Positions 26,463 through 35,449 of a DNA stretch of 64,000 bases are shown here, piece after piece; position 1 is the first letter of the stretch, and every line of letters starts with the position of its first letter. The position numbers were made by a program, and so were the translations under genes. A model generated the notes under the pieces. It was not told the DNA's origin and made no database searches. It saw nothing but the letters and a program-made list of their open reading frames with translations. Source of the stretch: Clostridia bacterium (GTDB taxonomy: Bacteria > Bacillota > Clostridia > UBA1381); NCBI GenBank assembly GCA_045655325.1, contig JAZOOY010000062.1, forward strand, positions 12,401 through 76,400, read 5' to 3'.

Positions 26463-27785
26463 ATGAAAAAACTTGCAGTAATAGGGCACCCGATAGCACA
26501 TAGCTATTCACCCTTGATGCACAACTACATTTCCCGGGAAATGAACCAGGAGTATATATACGAAGCCTTTGATGTAGCACCTGAAAATCTTGGCGAAGCA
26601 GTTGCAAAACTAAAGGCAGACGGCATTTTGGGATTTAACGTAACTGCACCGCACAAGTTTAATGTGATGCAGTATTTGGATGAAATTTCAGAAGATGCCC
26701 GATATTTTGGTGCGGTAAATACAGTAGTAAATAAAAACGGCAGGCTTATCGGCTATAACACCGATGCAGACGGCTTTTATGAAGCACTTTGCTGCCGTGG
26801 AATTAACCCCCAGGGTAAGCACGTACTCATTTTAGGTGCAGGTGGTGCAGCACAGCCAGTGGCAATAAACCTATCCACAAAATGTGCATCCCTGACGATT
26901 ACTAACCGCACAAAAGAGCGTCTTTTCGCACTTTGTGACCAAGTGAAAAAGTGCACAGGAGCGGAGATAAAAACAGAAATTGACCGTGCAAATTATGATA
27001 TTATTATAAACTGCACAAGTCTTGGAATGGGCAAAAATATAGGCATTTCACCGCTTTCTGACTTGAGTCTTATAACCAAGGATACATACTGCGTGGATAT
27101 GATATATAACCCTTGGGAAACACAATTTCTAAAGGATGCAAAAAAGCAGGGTGCTAAATGCGAAAACGGACTTTCTATGCTGATTTTTCAGGGTATTTTA
27201 GCATATCGTTTATTCACGGAAGTTAATGTTCCTTTATCTATTGCAGACGGCATTGAAGGCGAAATCCTTGCTCATAGAAACATTGTTTTGACAGGATTTA
27301 TGGCAAGCGGAAAAACTGTGGTAGGAAAGGCACTTGCTGAAAAATTGGGACGAAAATTTGTTGACACAGACCATTTGATAGAAGAAAAATGTAAAATGAC
27401 AATCACTGAAATCTTTGAAAAATATGGGGAAGAGTATTTCAGAAAAGTCGAAACAGAAGTTATAGCAGAAGTTTCGCTTGAAAAAGGCTCTGTAATCGCC
27501 ACAGGCGGCGGTGTGGTGCTGAATGGTGATAATATAGAAACTTTGCGAAAGAACGCCACAATCGTGAATTTAGAGCCTTGTGAGAGCGTTATTATTTCAA
27601 GACTTTCACAGGATGACGGAACAAGACCTTTAAACAAGGGTCAGGATATAGGACAGATTTTGGACAGATTTGAAAAAAGAAAGCCTTTTTATGATAACTG
27701 CGACGTGAAAGTGAAGATAACAAAGGAAATGAGCGTTGAAGATTCACTTTTGGCAGTTTTAAAAGGTTTGGAGGGTAGAATATGA
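26463..27785 (+). CDS. bifunctional shikimate dehydrogenase / shikimate kinase (AroE-AroK fusion)
   Basis: N-terminal AroE (VIGHPIAHSYSPLMHN, NVTAPHK, GAGGAA). C-terminal AroK beginning with the P-loop LTGFMASGKT, then the DTD motif. Confidence 0.8.
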   Translation: MKKLAVIGHPIAHSYSPLMHNYISREMNQEYIYEAFDVAPENLGEAVAKLKADGILGFNVTAPHKFNVMQYLDEISEDARYFGAVNTVVNKNGRLIGYNTDADGFYEALCCRGINPQGKHVLILGAGGAAQPVAINLSTKCASLTITNRTKERLFALCDQVKKCTGAEIKTEIDRANYDIIINCTSLGMGKNIGISPLSDLSLITKDTYCVDMIYNPWETQFLKDAKKQGAKCENGLSMLIFQGILAYRLFTEVNVPLSIADGIEGEILAHRNIVLTGFMASGKTVVGKALAEKLGRKFVDTDHLIEEKCKMTITEIFEKYGEEYFRKVETEVIAEVSLEKGSVIATGGGVVLNGDNIETLRKNATIVNLEPCESVIISRLSQDDGTRPLNKGQDIGQILDRFEKRKPFYDNCDVKVKITKEMSVEDSLLAVLKGLEGRI

Positions 27786-28636
27786 TAGCAAAATTCGGCG
27801 CTGCGGGAAACAGCGACAGCTTTTATAAAGAGGGTCATAAGGCGTCAGAAGAAATGCCACATTGGCTTTCAAATATGGGCCTTGATGCCTATGAATACCA
27901 ATGCGGAAACGGCGTAAGATGCGGTGAGGCAACTGCCAGAAAGATTGCCGAAAAGGCACAGGAACACAGCATTATAATGAGTGTTCATTCGCCATACTAT
28001 ATAAACCTTGCAACACCTGAAGAAGAAAAAAGAGCAGGGAATATCAATTACATTCTTCAGTCAGCACAGCTTGTCAAATATTTGGGCGGTGACAGGGTTG
28101 TAGTTCATAGCGGTGCCCTTGGCAAAATGACGAGGGAAGAGGCAACGGAGCGTGCCAAGGAATGCTTGAAAATTGTAAGAAGTGAAATGATAAATGCAGG
28201 TTTTTCTGACGTAAGACTTTGCATTGAAACTATGGGAAAGATAAATCAGCTTGGAAACCTTGATGAGGTTATGGAGCTTTGCCGAGTTGATGATAGTTTT
28301 CTTCCATGTATCGACTTTGGTCATTTAAACGCAAGAACTCTTGGCGGATTAAAGGCAAAAGAAGACTTTGAAGTAATTTTTGACACTATTGAAAATAGGC
28401 TTGGAAATGAAAGACTAAAGGTTTTCCACTCACATTTTTCAAAGATTGAATACACAAAAGGCGGAGAGAAAAAGCACTTGACATACGAGGATACTGTGTA
28501 TGGCCCAGACTTTGATTTTGTGGCAGAAATTATGGCAGAGCGTGACATTGGTGCTACAATCATCTGCGAATCCTGTGGAACGCAGGCAGAAGACGCTTTG
28601 ATTATGAAAAAGATCTATGAGAAATTTAAAAAGTAA
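27782..28636 (+). CDS. AP-endonuclease-2/endonuclease IV-like TIM-barrel protein
   Basis: ATGA overlap with aroE/K. Motifs HSPYYINLA, VVHSG, IETM and DFGHL resemble the Nfo metal-binding motifs. Confidence 0.5.
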   Translation: MIAKFGAAGNSDSFYKEGHKASEEMPHWLSNMGLDAYEYQCGNGVRCGEATARKIAEKAQEHSIIMSVHSPYYINLATPEEEKRAGNINYILQSAQLVKYLGGDRVVVHSGALGKMTREEATERAKECLKIVRSEMINAGFSDVRLCIETMGKINQLGNLDEVMELCRVDDSFLPCIDFGHLNARTLGGLKAKEDFEVIFDTIENRLGNERLKVFHSHFSKIEYTKGGEKKHLTYEDTVYGPDFDFVAEIMAERDIGATIICESCGTQAEDALIMKKIYEKFKK

Positions 28637-28640
28637 ATAA

Positions 28641-28686
28641 GCCTCCCTTGCCTAAAGGGAGAGGGACCACCGAAGGTGGTGGAGGG
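28641..28686 (+). repeat. GC-rich twin-hairpin element in an AT-rich spacer
   Basis: CTCCCTT-GCCTA-AAGGGAG followed by ACCACC-GAA-GGTGGT, flanked by GAGGG and GGAGGG. Confidence 0.6.
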
Positions 28687-28702
28687 ATAAATACTTTAAA
28701 AT

Positions 28703-28738
28703 AAAAAAAAAGACAAGGTTTTAAACCTTGTCTTTTTT

Positions 28739-28739
<1 letters not shown>
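28703..28739. terminator. bidirectional terminator serving the TIM-barrel gene (+) and tRNA-Thr (-)
   Basis: AGACAAGGTT-TTA-AACCTTGTCT, flanked by A9 and T7 runs. Confidence 0.8.
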
Positions 28740-28814
<75 letters not shown>

Positions 28815-28825
28815 ACATCGTGTTA

Positions 28826-28854
28826 ATTATAATATAAAAGGTCAGTTTTGTCAA
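28826..28854 (-). promoter_or_regulatory. sigma-A-type promoter of tRNA-Thr
   Basis: On the minus strand: TTGACA, 17 nt spacer, TATAAT. The -10 ends 11 nt before the mature tRNA 5' end. Confidence 0.6.
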
Positions 28855-28885
28855 GATAAAAGGAATCAGAATTTTCATAAAGTTA

Positions 28886-28920
28886 TACAAAAATAGCAGA
28901 AGCGATTGCTTCTGCTATTT
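28886..28920 (-). terminator. intrinsic terminator of serA
   Basis: ATAGCAGAAGC-GATT-GCTTCTGCTAT with a T-run on the minus strand. Confidence 0.75.
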
Positions 28921-28925
28921 TAATC

Positions 28926-30089
28926 TTATTTAATAACTCTTACTCTTAAAACTCCGTCAATTGCATTTAGCTTATCAACGATTTCATCTGTAATGATGTC
29001 ATCTGAATTTAAGATTGTGTAAGCAAGGTCTTTCTTGCTCTTGTTGATAAGGTCTGCAATGTTATGTTTTGTATCAGCAAATACTGTTGTAAACTGAGTA
29101 AGCATTGTAGGAACGTTCTTGTGAAGAATACAAACTCTGCCTTTACCTGACATTGGAAGTGAGCAGTTAGGGAAGTTAACAGAGTTTAAAATATCACCAG
29201 TTTCAAGGTAGTTTGCGATTTCCTGAGCTGCCATAACTGCACAGTTATCTTCTGATTCAGAAGTTGAAGCACCAAGGTGAGGGATTGCGATAATGCCCTT
29301 TTCATTAAGAACGTCAGCGCAAGGGAAGTCAACAACATAGCTTGAAACCTTGCCTGAAGCAAGAGCTGCCTTAATTGCATCATTGTCAACAAGTTCGCCA
29401 CGAGCGAAGTTCAAAATCTTAACGCCGTCCTTCATTTTTGAGATTGTATCCTTATTGATGCTTCTCTTTGTATCGTCTGTTAGCGGAACGTGGATTGTTA
29501 AGTAATCAGCTTCAGCATAAACTTCGTCAGCAGATTTTGCCTGTTTAATATGGTGTGAAAGCTTCCAAGCCGCATCAACTGAAAGATAAGGGTCGTAACC
29601 AATAACTGTCATACCAAAGTGACGAGCTGCGTTTGCAACCAAAACACCGATAGCGCCAAGGCCAATAACACCAAGAGTTTTGCCCTGAACTTCTGTACCT
29701 GCAAAGTTTGACTTACCCTTTTCAACCTGCTTTGCAACATCGTCGCCGGTTAGGGTAGAAGCCCAGTTAATACCGCCAACAACGTCACGAGATGCAAGGA
29801 AAAGACCTGCCAAAACAAGTTCCTTTACCGCATTTGCGTTAGCACCTGGAGTGTTGAATACAACAATACCCTTTTCAGAACACTTGTCAATAGGAATATT
29901 GTTTGTACCTGCACCTGCTCTTGCTACTGCCTTTAGAGATTTTGGAAACTCCATATCGTGCATAGCAAAGCTACGAAGAATGATACCGTCAGCATCTTGT
30001 GTGCTATCTTCTGTAATATTGTATTTTGTGCTGTCAAGCTGGTCAAGACCGCAAGCAGCGATTTTGTTTAGTGTTAAAATATCATACAT
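28926..30089 (-). CDS. serA: D-3-phosphoglycerate dehydrogenase
   Basis: 2-hydroxyacid dehydrogenase fold (GVIGLGAIG NAD motif) plus a C-terminal ACT-like domain. Immediately downstream of serC. Confidence 0.8.
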   Translation of the reverse strand: MYDILTLNKIAACGLDQLDSTKYNITEDSTQDADGIILRSFAMHDMEFPKSLKAVARAGAGTNNIPIDKCSEKGIVVFNTPGANANAVKELVLAGLFLASRDVVGGINWASTLTGDDVAKQVEKGKSNFAGTEVQGKTLGVIGLGAIGVLVANAARHFGMTVIGYDPYLSVDAAWKLSHHIKQAKSADEVYAEADYLTIHVPLTDDTKRSINKDTISKMKDGVKILNFARGELVDNDAIKAALASGKVSSYVVDFPCADVLNEKGIIAIPHLGASTSESEDNCAVMAAQEIANYLETGDILNSVNFPNCSLPMSGKGRVCILHKNVPTMLTQFTTVFADTKHNIADLINKSKKDLAYTILNSDDIITDEIVDKLNAIDGVLRVRVIK

Positions 30090-30106
30090 GGGAAATTACC
30101 TCGTTT

Positions 30107-31189
30107 TTATTTGTTTTCTGCTTCGAATTTCTTCATAAATTCAACAAGCTTTTCTACGCCTTCTACCGGCATAGCGTTGTAGATGCTGGCTCTCATACCG
30201 CCAACAGAGCGGTGACCCTTTAGGTTAACAAAGCCTGCTTCTTTTGCTTCCTTAATGAATTTTGCATTAAGATCGTCATCTTCTGTAATGAAAGGAACGT
30301 TCATAAGTGAACGGTCTTCAGGAACAACAGTACCCTTGAACATTTCTGATGAATCAAGGAAATCGTAAAGGATTTTAGTCTTTTTCTCGTTAACTTCCTG
30401 AACAGCACCAACACCGCCCTGTTCCTTAATCCATTCAAGAACAAGCTTCATAATGTAGATACCATATGTAGGTGGTGTGTTGTACATTGAACCGTTATCC
30501 ATGTGGATCTGGTAGTTGAACATAGTTGGTGTGATGTCCATAGCGTTACCGATTAGGTCTTCACGAACAATTACAAGTGTTACACCTGCAGGACCAAGGT
30601 TCTTCTGTGCACCAGCAAATAGTAGGCCGAACTTTGATACGTCAAGTTCTTCTGACATAATGCAAGATGAAATATCTGCAACTAGTGGAACATCACCTGT
30701 ATCAGGAAGTTCATTAAACTTTGTTCCGTAAATTGTGTTGTTAAGGCAGATGTAGAAGTAGTCTGCATCTTTTGAGAATGTGCTCTTGTCAAGCTTTGGA
30801 ATGTAAGAAAATGTCTTATCTGCAGATGATGCAATCTTATTAACTGTTATGTATCTTTCAGCTTCCTGTGCTGCCTTTTTAGCCCACTGACCTGTGATTA
30901 CGATATCACACTTCTTATTCTTGTTACCAAGGTTCATTGGAATCATAGCAAACTGGCTTGATCCACCACCCTGTAGGAACATTACCTTATAGTTATCAGG
31001 TACGTGCATAAGTTCACGAACTAGTGCTTCGCAACCGTTGATGATTTCTTCATAATCCTTTGAACGGTGGCTCATTTCCATAACAGACATACCTGCTGTG
31101 CCGTATTCCACCATTTCTTTTTGTGCCTTTTCAAGTACTTCTACAGGAAGCATTGATGGGCCTGCTGAAAAGTTATAAACTCTACTCAT
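30107..31189 (-). CDS. serC: 3-phosphoserine/phosphohydroxythreonine aminotransferase
   Basis: N-terminus YNFSAGPSMLP. 360 aa. GAQKNLGPAG carries the PLP lysine motif. Confidence 0.9.
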   Translation of the reverse strand: MSRVYNFSAGPSMLPVEVLEKAQKEMVEYGTAGMSVMEMSHRSKDYEEIINGCEALVRELMHVPDNYKVMFLQGGGSSQFAMIPMNLGNKNKKCDIVITGQWAKKAAQEAERYITVNKIASSADKTFSYIPKLDKSTFSKDADYFYICLNNTIYGTKFNELPDTGDVPLVADISSCIMSEELDVSKFGLLFAGAQKNLGPAGVTLVIVREDLIGNAMDITPTMFNYQIHMDNGSMYNTPPTYGIYIMKLVLEWIKEQGGVGAVQEVNEKKTKILYDFLDSSEMFKGTVVPEDRSLMNVPFITEDDDLNAKFIKEAKEAGFVNLKGHRSVGGMRASIYNAMPVEGVEKLVEFMKKFEAENK

Positions 31190-31289
31190 TTGAAATTACC
31201 TCGCTTTTTTGAATATTGGATTCATTATACTACCCAGAGTAGGAAAGGTCAATAAAAAATAGAGAAAAAAGTCGGATTTTTCGTCAAAA

Positions 31290-31318
31290 AACTGTCAAAA
31301 ATCAACCACAGGTTGATT
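31290..31318 (-). terminator. weak intrinsic terminator after cwlD
   Basis: ATCAACC-nnn-GGTTGAT hairpin followed on the minus strand by TTTTGACAGTTTTTT. Confidence 0.45.
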
Positions 31319-32077
31319 TTAAGGCAAAATGTAGTACTTTTCTATGGCATCAGCTATAGCCCAGGCAAGGCGAGCCTGATAGTCTTCCTCCTGCAATTTC
31401 TTCTCTTCTTTGGCGTTTGAAAGGAATCCGCACTCCACTAAAATTGCGGGAATAGGCGGGTTTTTCATAAGAAAAAGACTCTTATCTGCAGTTTTAACAA
31501 TATTGATGTTTGCGTTTGTAATATCTTTTATGCGAGCCTGTATATTTTCCGCAAGGGGTTTGATTTCTGCGTGATTTGGAGCATAGAAGATACGAAGTCC
31601 TGATGCGGAATGATTAGGGAAGGAGTTCATATGAATAGAAATAAAAAGGTGTGCGTCCGAATTCTTCATTATATCAAGACGCTTGTTCATATCGGTAACC
31701 TTTTTCTTGCGTATACTGTCATCTTCGTCTTCCCATAGTCCGTTCTCATCCGTTCTGGTCATAATAACACGAACACCTTTGGCTTCTAAAATCTCCTGAA
31801 GTTTAAGTGCAATATCAAGATTGATTTCCTGTTCAACACTTCCTGAAATACCCACAGCACCACCATCGGGAAGACCATGACCTGCATCAACAATAACCGA
31901 CAGAGTATCACCTTTAACGTAATTTCCTGCATAGGAAGAAATCATAATAAAAGTGCCACATACTATGCCGATTAAGGTCATAAAAAGACAGTAAACAAGG
32001 CACCTTCTTTTTGTAAGAACAAAAAAGTGTGGACCTTTAAGAAATGGTTTAAATTTTGTATTAAAAAAATGCATCAT
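31319..32077 (-). CDS. cwlD: N-acetylmuramoyl-L-alanine amidase CwlD (germination-specific, Amidase_3)
   Basis: N-terminal TM, then VIVDAGHGLPDGGAVG, ISIHMNS and ECGFLSN motifs, as in Bacillus CwlD. The start (ATGATG with AGGTGA SD) lies inside a 13-bp inverted repeat, so the start is uncertain. Confidence 0.65.
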   Translation of the reverse strand: MMHFFNTKFKPFLKGPHFFVLTKRRCLVYCLFMTLIGIVCGTFIMISSYAGNYVKGDTLSVIVDAGHGLPDGGAVGISGSVEQEINLDIALKLQEILEAKGVRVIMTRTDENGLWEDEDDSIRKKKVTDMNKRLDIMKNSDAHLFISIHMNSFPNHSASGLRIFYAPNHAEIKPLAENIQARIKDITNANINIVKTADKSLFLMKNPPIPAILVECGFLSNAKEEKKLQEEDYQARLAWAIADAIEKYYILP

Positions 32078-32115
32078 ATCACCTAAAAAATTATATGATA
32101 TGATGCATATTTATA

Positions 32116-33426
32116 TTATTCGTCATCTTGTACTTTTTCTAAAACTGTAACCTTTGTACTTTCAATTCTGTGGTCTTCAATTTTAGTAACTCTGATCTGA
32201 AGACCGAATGCTTCAAGCTCAGGAGTAGTACCATCGGCAGGGATTTCACCAAGTTCTGATAAAATAAGACCTGCAAATGTGTTGTATTCTTCGATTGGAA
32301 GTTCAATTCCAAGGGTTTCTGCAACCAAGTCAATGTCACAGATACCTGCAATTTTCCAGGTGTTTGAATCAAGCTGGATTATGTCTTCTTCACGAACTTC
32401 GTCATCTTCTGCAGATAGTGTTCCAACGATTTCTTCCAATAGGTCAGACATTGTGATAATACCGCCAAGACCACCGTATTCGTCTAAAACAACTGCGAAA
32501 TGGTTTTTAGCCTTTTGCATCTGGCGGAACAAATCATCTGCCTTGATTGTTTCAGGAACAAAGAACGGTGCTCTTAAAATCTTGGTAACATCACCGTCTG
32601 AGAGACGGGTTTTATAGTAGTCGGTACTCTTTAGAATACCAACAATATTATCAATGGTTTCTTCACAAACAGGGTAGATAGTATGATTGGTGTTTGCGAT
32701 AATATCGCCCCATTCGTCCTTTTCGTCCATCCATAAAATCTCTGTGTCGGTACGGTGGGTCATAATTTCCTTAACCTGCGTATCGTCGAGCTCAAAGATA
32801 TTATGTATCATCTCTTTTTCGTCCTGGTCAATAGCTCCGCTTTCACTACCCATATCTACCAAAAGACGAATTTCTTCTTCTGTAACTTCCTCTTCTTCGT
32901 CATTAGGCTTTATGCCGAAAACAAGAAGAAAAATGTTTGCGATAAAGGTTAAGATTACGGAAACAGGAAGTCCTATATAATATAGGAACTTAATAAGTCC
33001 TGATGCCGAAAGTAGTATGTTGTCGCCTTTTAAGTAAGCAATACGCTTTGGCATATAGTTACCGAAAATCAGAAGTACAGCGCCTACGATTACAAGGCTT
33101 AAAACAATACCCAACACCTTGTCCATAGATGCAAAAAGAATCTGTGGTAGGGTAGTAACTGTAATTGCGGCAAGAGATAGTTCGAAAAGAACTGTCAAAA
33201 CCTTTAAAGAATTACATAGCTTACTTGCATTTTCCAATAAGAATACTGCGTGCTTTGCACCACTGTTTCCTTCGGAAGCAAGCCTTCCTAATTTTGCCTC
33301 ATTTGCGTTTTGAACAGAAGCTTCAAGACCACGCAGTATACCGGTCAAAACTATCAAAATACAAATCCATAAACATCGAGGGGGAAGAGAATCCAAAACC
33401 ATCATCCTTTCATAAGTAAAAAACAT
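32116..33426 (-). CDS. hemolysin-family protein (CNNM/DUF21 TM domain, CBS pair, CorC_HlyC)
   Basis: N-terminal 4-TM DUF21-like region, central CBS pair (VKEIMTHRTD ...) and a C-terminal transporter-associated domain. Confidence 0.75.
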   Translation of the reverse strand: MFFTYERMMVLDSLPPRCLWICILIVLTGILRGLEASVQNANEAKLGRLASEGNSGAKHAVFLLENASKLCNSLKVLTVLFELSLAAITVTTLPQILFASMDKVLGIVLSLVIVGAVLLIFGNYMPKRIAYLKGDNILLSASGLIKFLYYIGLPVSVILTFIANIFLLVFGIKPNDEEEEVTEEEIRLLVDMGSESGAIDQDEKEMIHNIFELDDTQVKEIMTHRTDTEILWMDEKDEWGDIIANTNHTIYPVCEETIDNIVGILKSTDYYKTRLSDGDVTKILRAPFFVPETIKADDLFRQMQKAKNHFAVVLDEYGGLGGIITMSDLLEEIVGTLSAEDDEVREEDIIQLDSNTWKIAGICDIDLVAETLGIELPIEEYNTFAGLILSELGEIPADGTTPELEAFGLQIRVTKIEDHRIESTKVTVLEKVQDDE

Positions 33427-33489
33427 TTATATTATCCACACCCGTGGGATTCAACTACACTATACCAAACATTACGGCAAAAGTCAACA

Positions 33490-35214
33490 TTACTTGTAGA
33501 AACCAATCTTTTTCAAAAGTTTAAGAATTTTAACTCCTGACGGAAGTTCCTTAACTTCATCTTCTGAAAGTGTTTTCTGTGCAAAGATTAGCACGAAGTA
33601 AACAATTGCGCCAAGACCGATTGCCAAAGCAATTGAAATTAAATTACTGTTAAATGCCATCATCGTAAGGCTATATACACCAAAAGCGGTTATTCCCATA
33701 CATAAAACAGAAGTTAAAGGCTTTACAATGTACTTTACAGGATTAAGCTCAAGTTTAATAACTTTCTTTAGCACAGAGAAACTGTAAACAAAAGAAATAA
33801 CCTGACAAACTATAGAACTTATCGGCGCACCGTAAATATTGATTTCTGGGCGTCTTATAAGAATTACGTTCAAAATAAACTTTGCGATACATCCAAGAAG
33901 AAGTCCCTTTGCAGGCGTGAAAACCTTTCCAACACCCTGAAGTGAGCCTGATAAAGTCTGATTTAATGCAGTAAATATCATAGCAACAGAGCTTATCTGC
34001 ATAAGGTCATATCCAAGTCTTGCATTGGGATATAAAAGGCCATAAATAGGCTTTGCAAGAGCGATATAACCAACAGCGCAAGGCAGTGCAATCAGCATTG
34101 AAATAAGGAATGAGTATGATACCTTACTTGCGGCAGTTTTGTTGTCGCCTTTTTTCAATGCACCTGCTATAACAGGCACTAAAACTGTTGAAAATGCGAT
34201 GTTAATGGAAAGCGGTAAGTTAATTAGAGTATCGCTCTTTCCAAGCTGACCTGAAAGTCTTGCAGCTTCTGCGTGAAGCTGTTCAAGTGTTGGGTTTACG
34301 ATTGCAGGCATATTTCCGTAAGCAGGGATATATGTTGCAAAAGCCGCTTCAATACCACGTGTGATTGTGGCTGTGTCAATAATTCTGTTTACCGCAGAAA
34401 TAACAGAGCCAAGTGAAATAGGAATAGAAATCATCAGGATGCTTTTGAACATCTGTGAAAGCGGTTTGATTTCTGTTTCAGCAACAGATGAATTTATCTT
34501 CTCTAAAATTGCTTTTCGTCTTCTTGAATAGAAGATTACCAAGTATAAGAAGCTGAAAATGGTTGAAAGTGTTGTTGCAACCTGTGCACCGGATGCCATA
34601 TATGCGGCACGAAGGTCTGCATCATTTTCAGGAGCGTTTAAAAGAACTGTCATTATAAACGGCACAGATGCCATTAAGTACACGATAACAACAGTAAACA
34701 GGCATTTAAAGAACTGTTCCAAAACCTGTGAGGTACTTGTTGCTTTCATATTTTCCATACCGGTAAAGTAACCTCTTATAACCGAGGACAGGCATACGAA
34801 AAGTATGGACGGTGCAAGACATCTTAAAACGTACTCAGTTCCAGGAAGTCTTATAACAGAAAATGCGATAAAGTCTGCACCAAAGTATAAAAGTCCTGAT
34901 GCCACAGCACCAACAATACCGAAAAGAAGCATTGCAGATTTAAAAATCCTGAAAGCCCCACGATAGTCGCCTATGGCATTTCGTTCTGATGTCATTTTTG
35001 AAATGGCGTTTGGAATGCCGATAGAGGATATGGCAAGTAGTAGGGTATAGATTTGGAAACCTGAATTTAAGTATCCGTTTCCAAGGTCGCCAAACCCTTT
35101 AATATTAGTAATAACAACGCGGTACACCATGCCAAGAAGCTTAACTGCAACTTGTGAAAACATAACAATTGCCACGTTGGCCATAAAAGATTTTTTCTTA
35201 TCTTGAGTGCCCAT
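33490..35214 (-). CDS. MOP-superfamily polysaccharide/lipid II flippase (SpoVB/MurJ-like)
   Basis: 574-aa protein with about 14 TM. N-terminus and loop pattern resemble SpoVB and polysaccharide biosynthesis proteins. Confidence 0.6.
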   Translation of the reverse strand: MGTQDKKKSFMANVAIVMFSQVAVKLLGMVYRVVITNIKGFGDLGNGYLNSGFQIYTLLLAISSIGIPNAISKMTSERNAIGDYRGAFRIFKSAMLLFGIVGAVASGLLYFGADFIAFSVIRLPGTEYVLRCLAPSILFVCLSSVIRGYFTGMENMKATSTSQVLEQFFKCLFTVVIVYLMASVPFIMTVLLNAPENDADLRAAYMASGAQVATTLSTIFSFLYLVIFYSRRRKAILEKINSSVAETEIKPLSQMFKSILMISIPISLGSVISAVNRIIDTATITRGIEAAFATYIPAYGNMPAIVNPTLEQLHAEAARLSGQLGKSDTLINLPLSINIAFSTVLVPVIAGALKKGDNKTAASKVSYSFLISMLIALPCAVGYIALAKPIYGLLYPNARLGYDLMQISSVAMIFTALNQTLSGSLQGVGKVFTPAKGLLLGCIAKFILNVILIRRPEINIYGAPISSIVCQVISFVYSFSVLKKVIKLELNPVKYIVKPLTSVLCMGITAFGVYSLTMMAFNSNLISIALAIGLGAIVYFVLIFAQKTLSEDEVKELPSGVKILKLLKKIGFYK

Positions 35215-35326
35215 TATAACTCTCCTAAAATAAAATTACAACATTATTATTATACGACAATTTTTCGCCATTATCAAGTAAATACGGAAAAATGTAGTAT
35301 TATTGTAAAATAAACGCATTTTTTCT

Positions 35327-35355
35327 TGACAATAGCTTGGTAAAATAGTAAAATA
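35327..35355 (+). promoter_or_regulatory. sigma-A-type promoter upstream of hisS-aspS
   Basis: TTGACA, 17 nt spacer, TAAAAT. Confidence 0.5.
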
Positions 35356-35449
35356 TAATGTGATGTGTTGTGCACATTTTTAACACAAAAACAAGGAGAT
35401 ACAACATTTTTGTATTTGCCTTTATGAGTAGATATAGGAGTTGAAAACA

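Noticed and set aside
35215-35449. Expected a T-box leader upstream of hisS-aspS, and also checked 40731-40876 upstream of alaS.
   Set aside because: The transcribed leaders are under 100 nt. They have no T-box sequence (AAUNNGGUGGNACCGCG-like) and no specifier-loop or terminator-antiterminator architecture.
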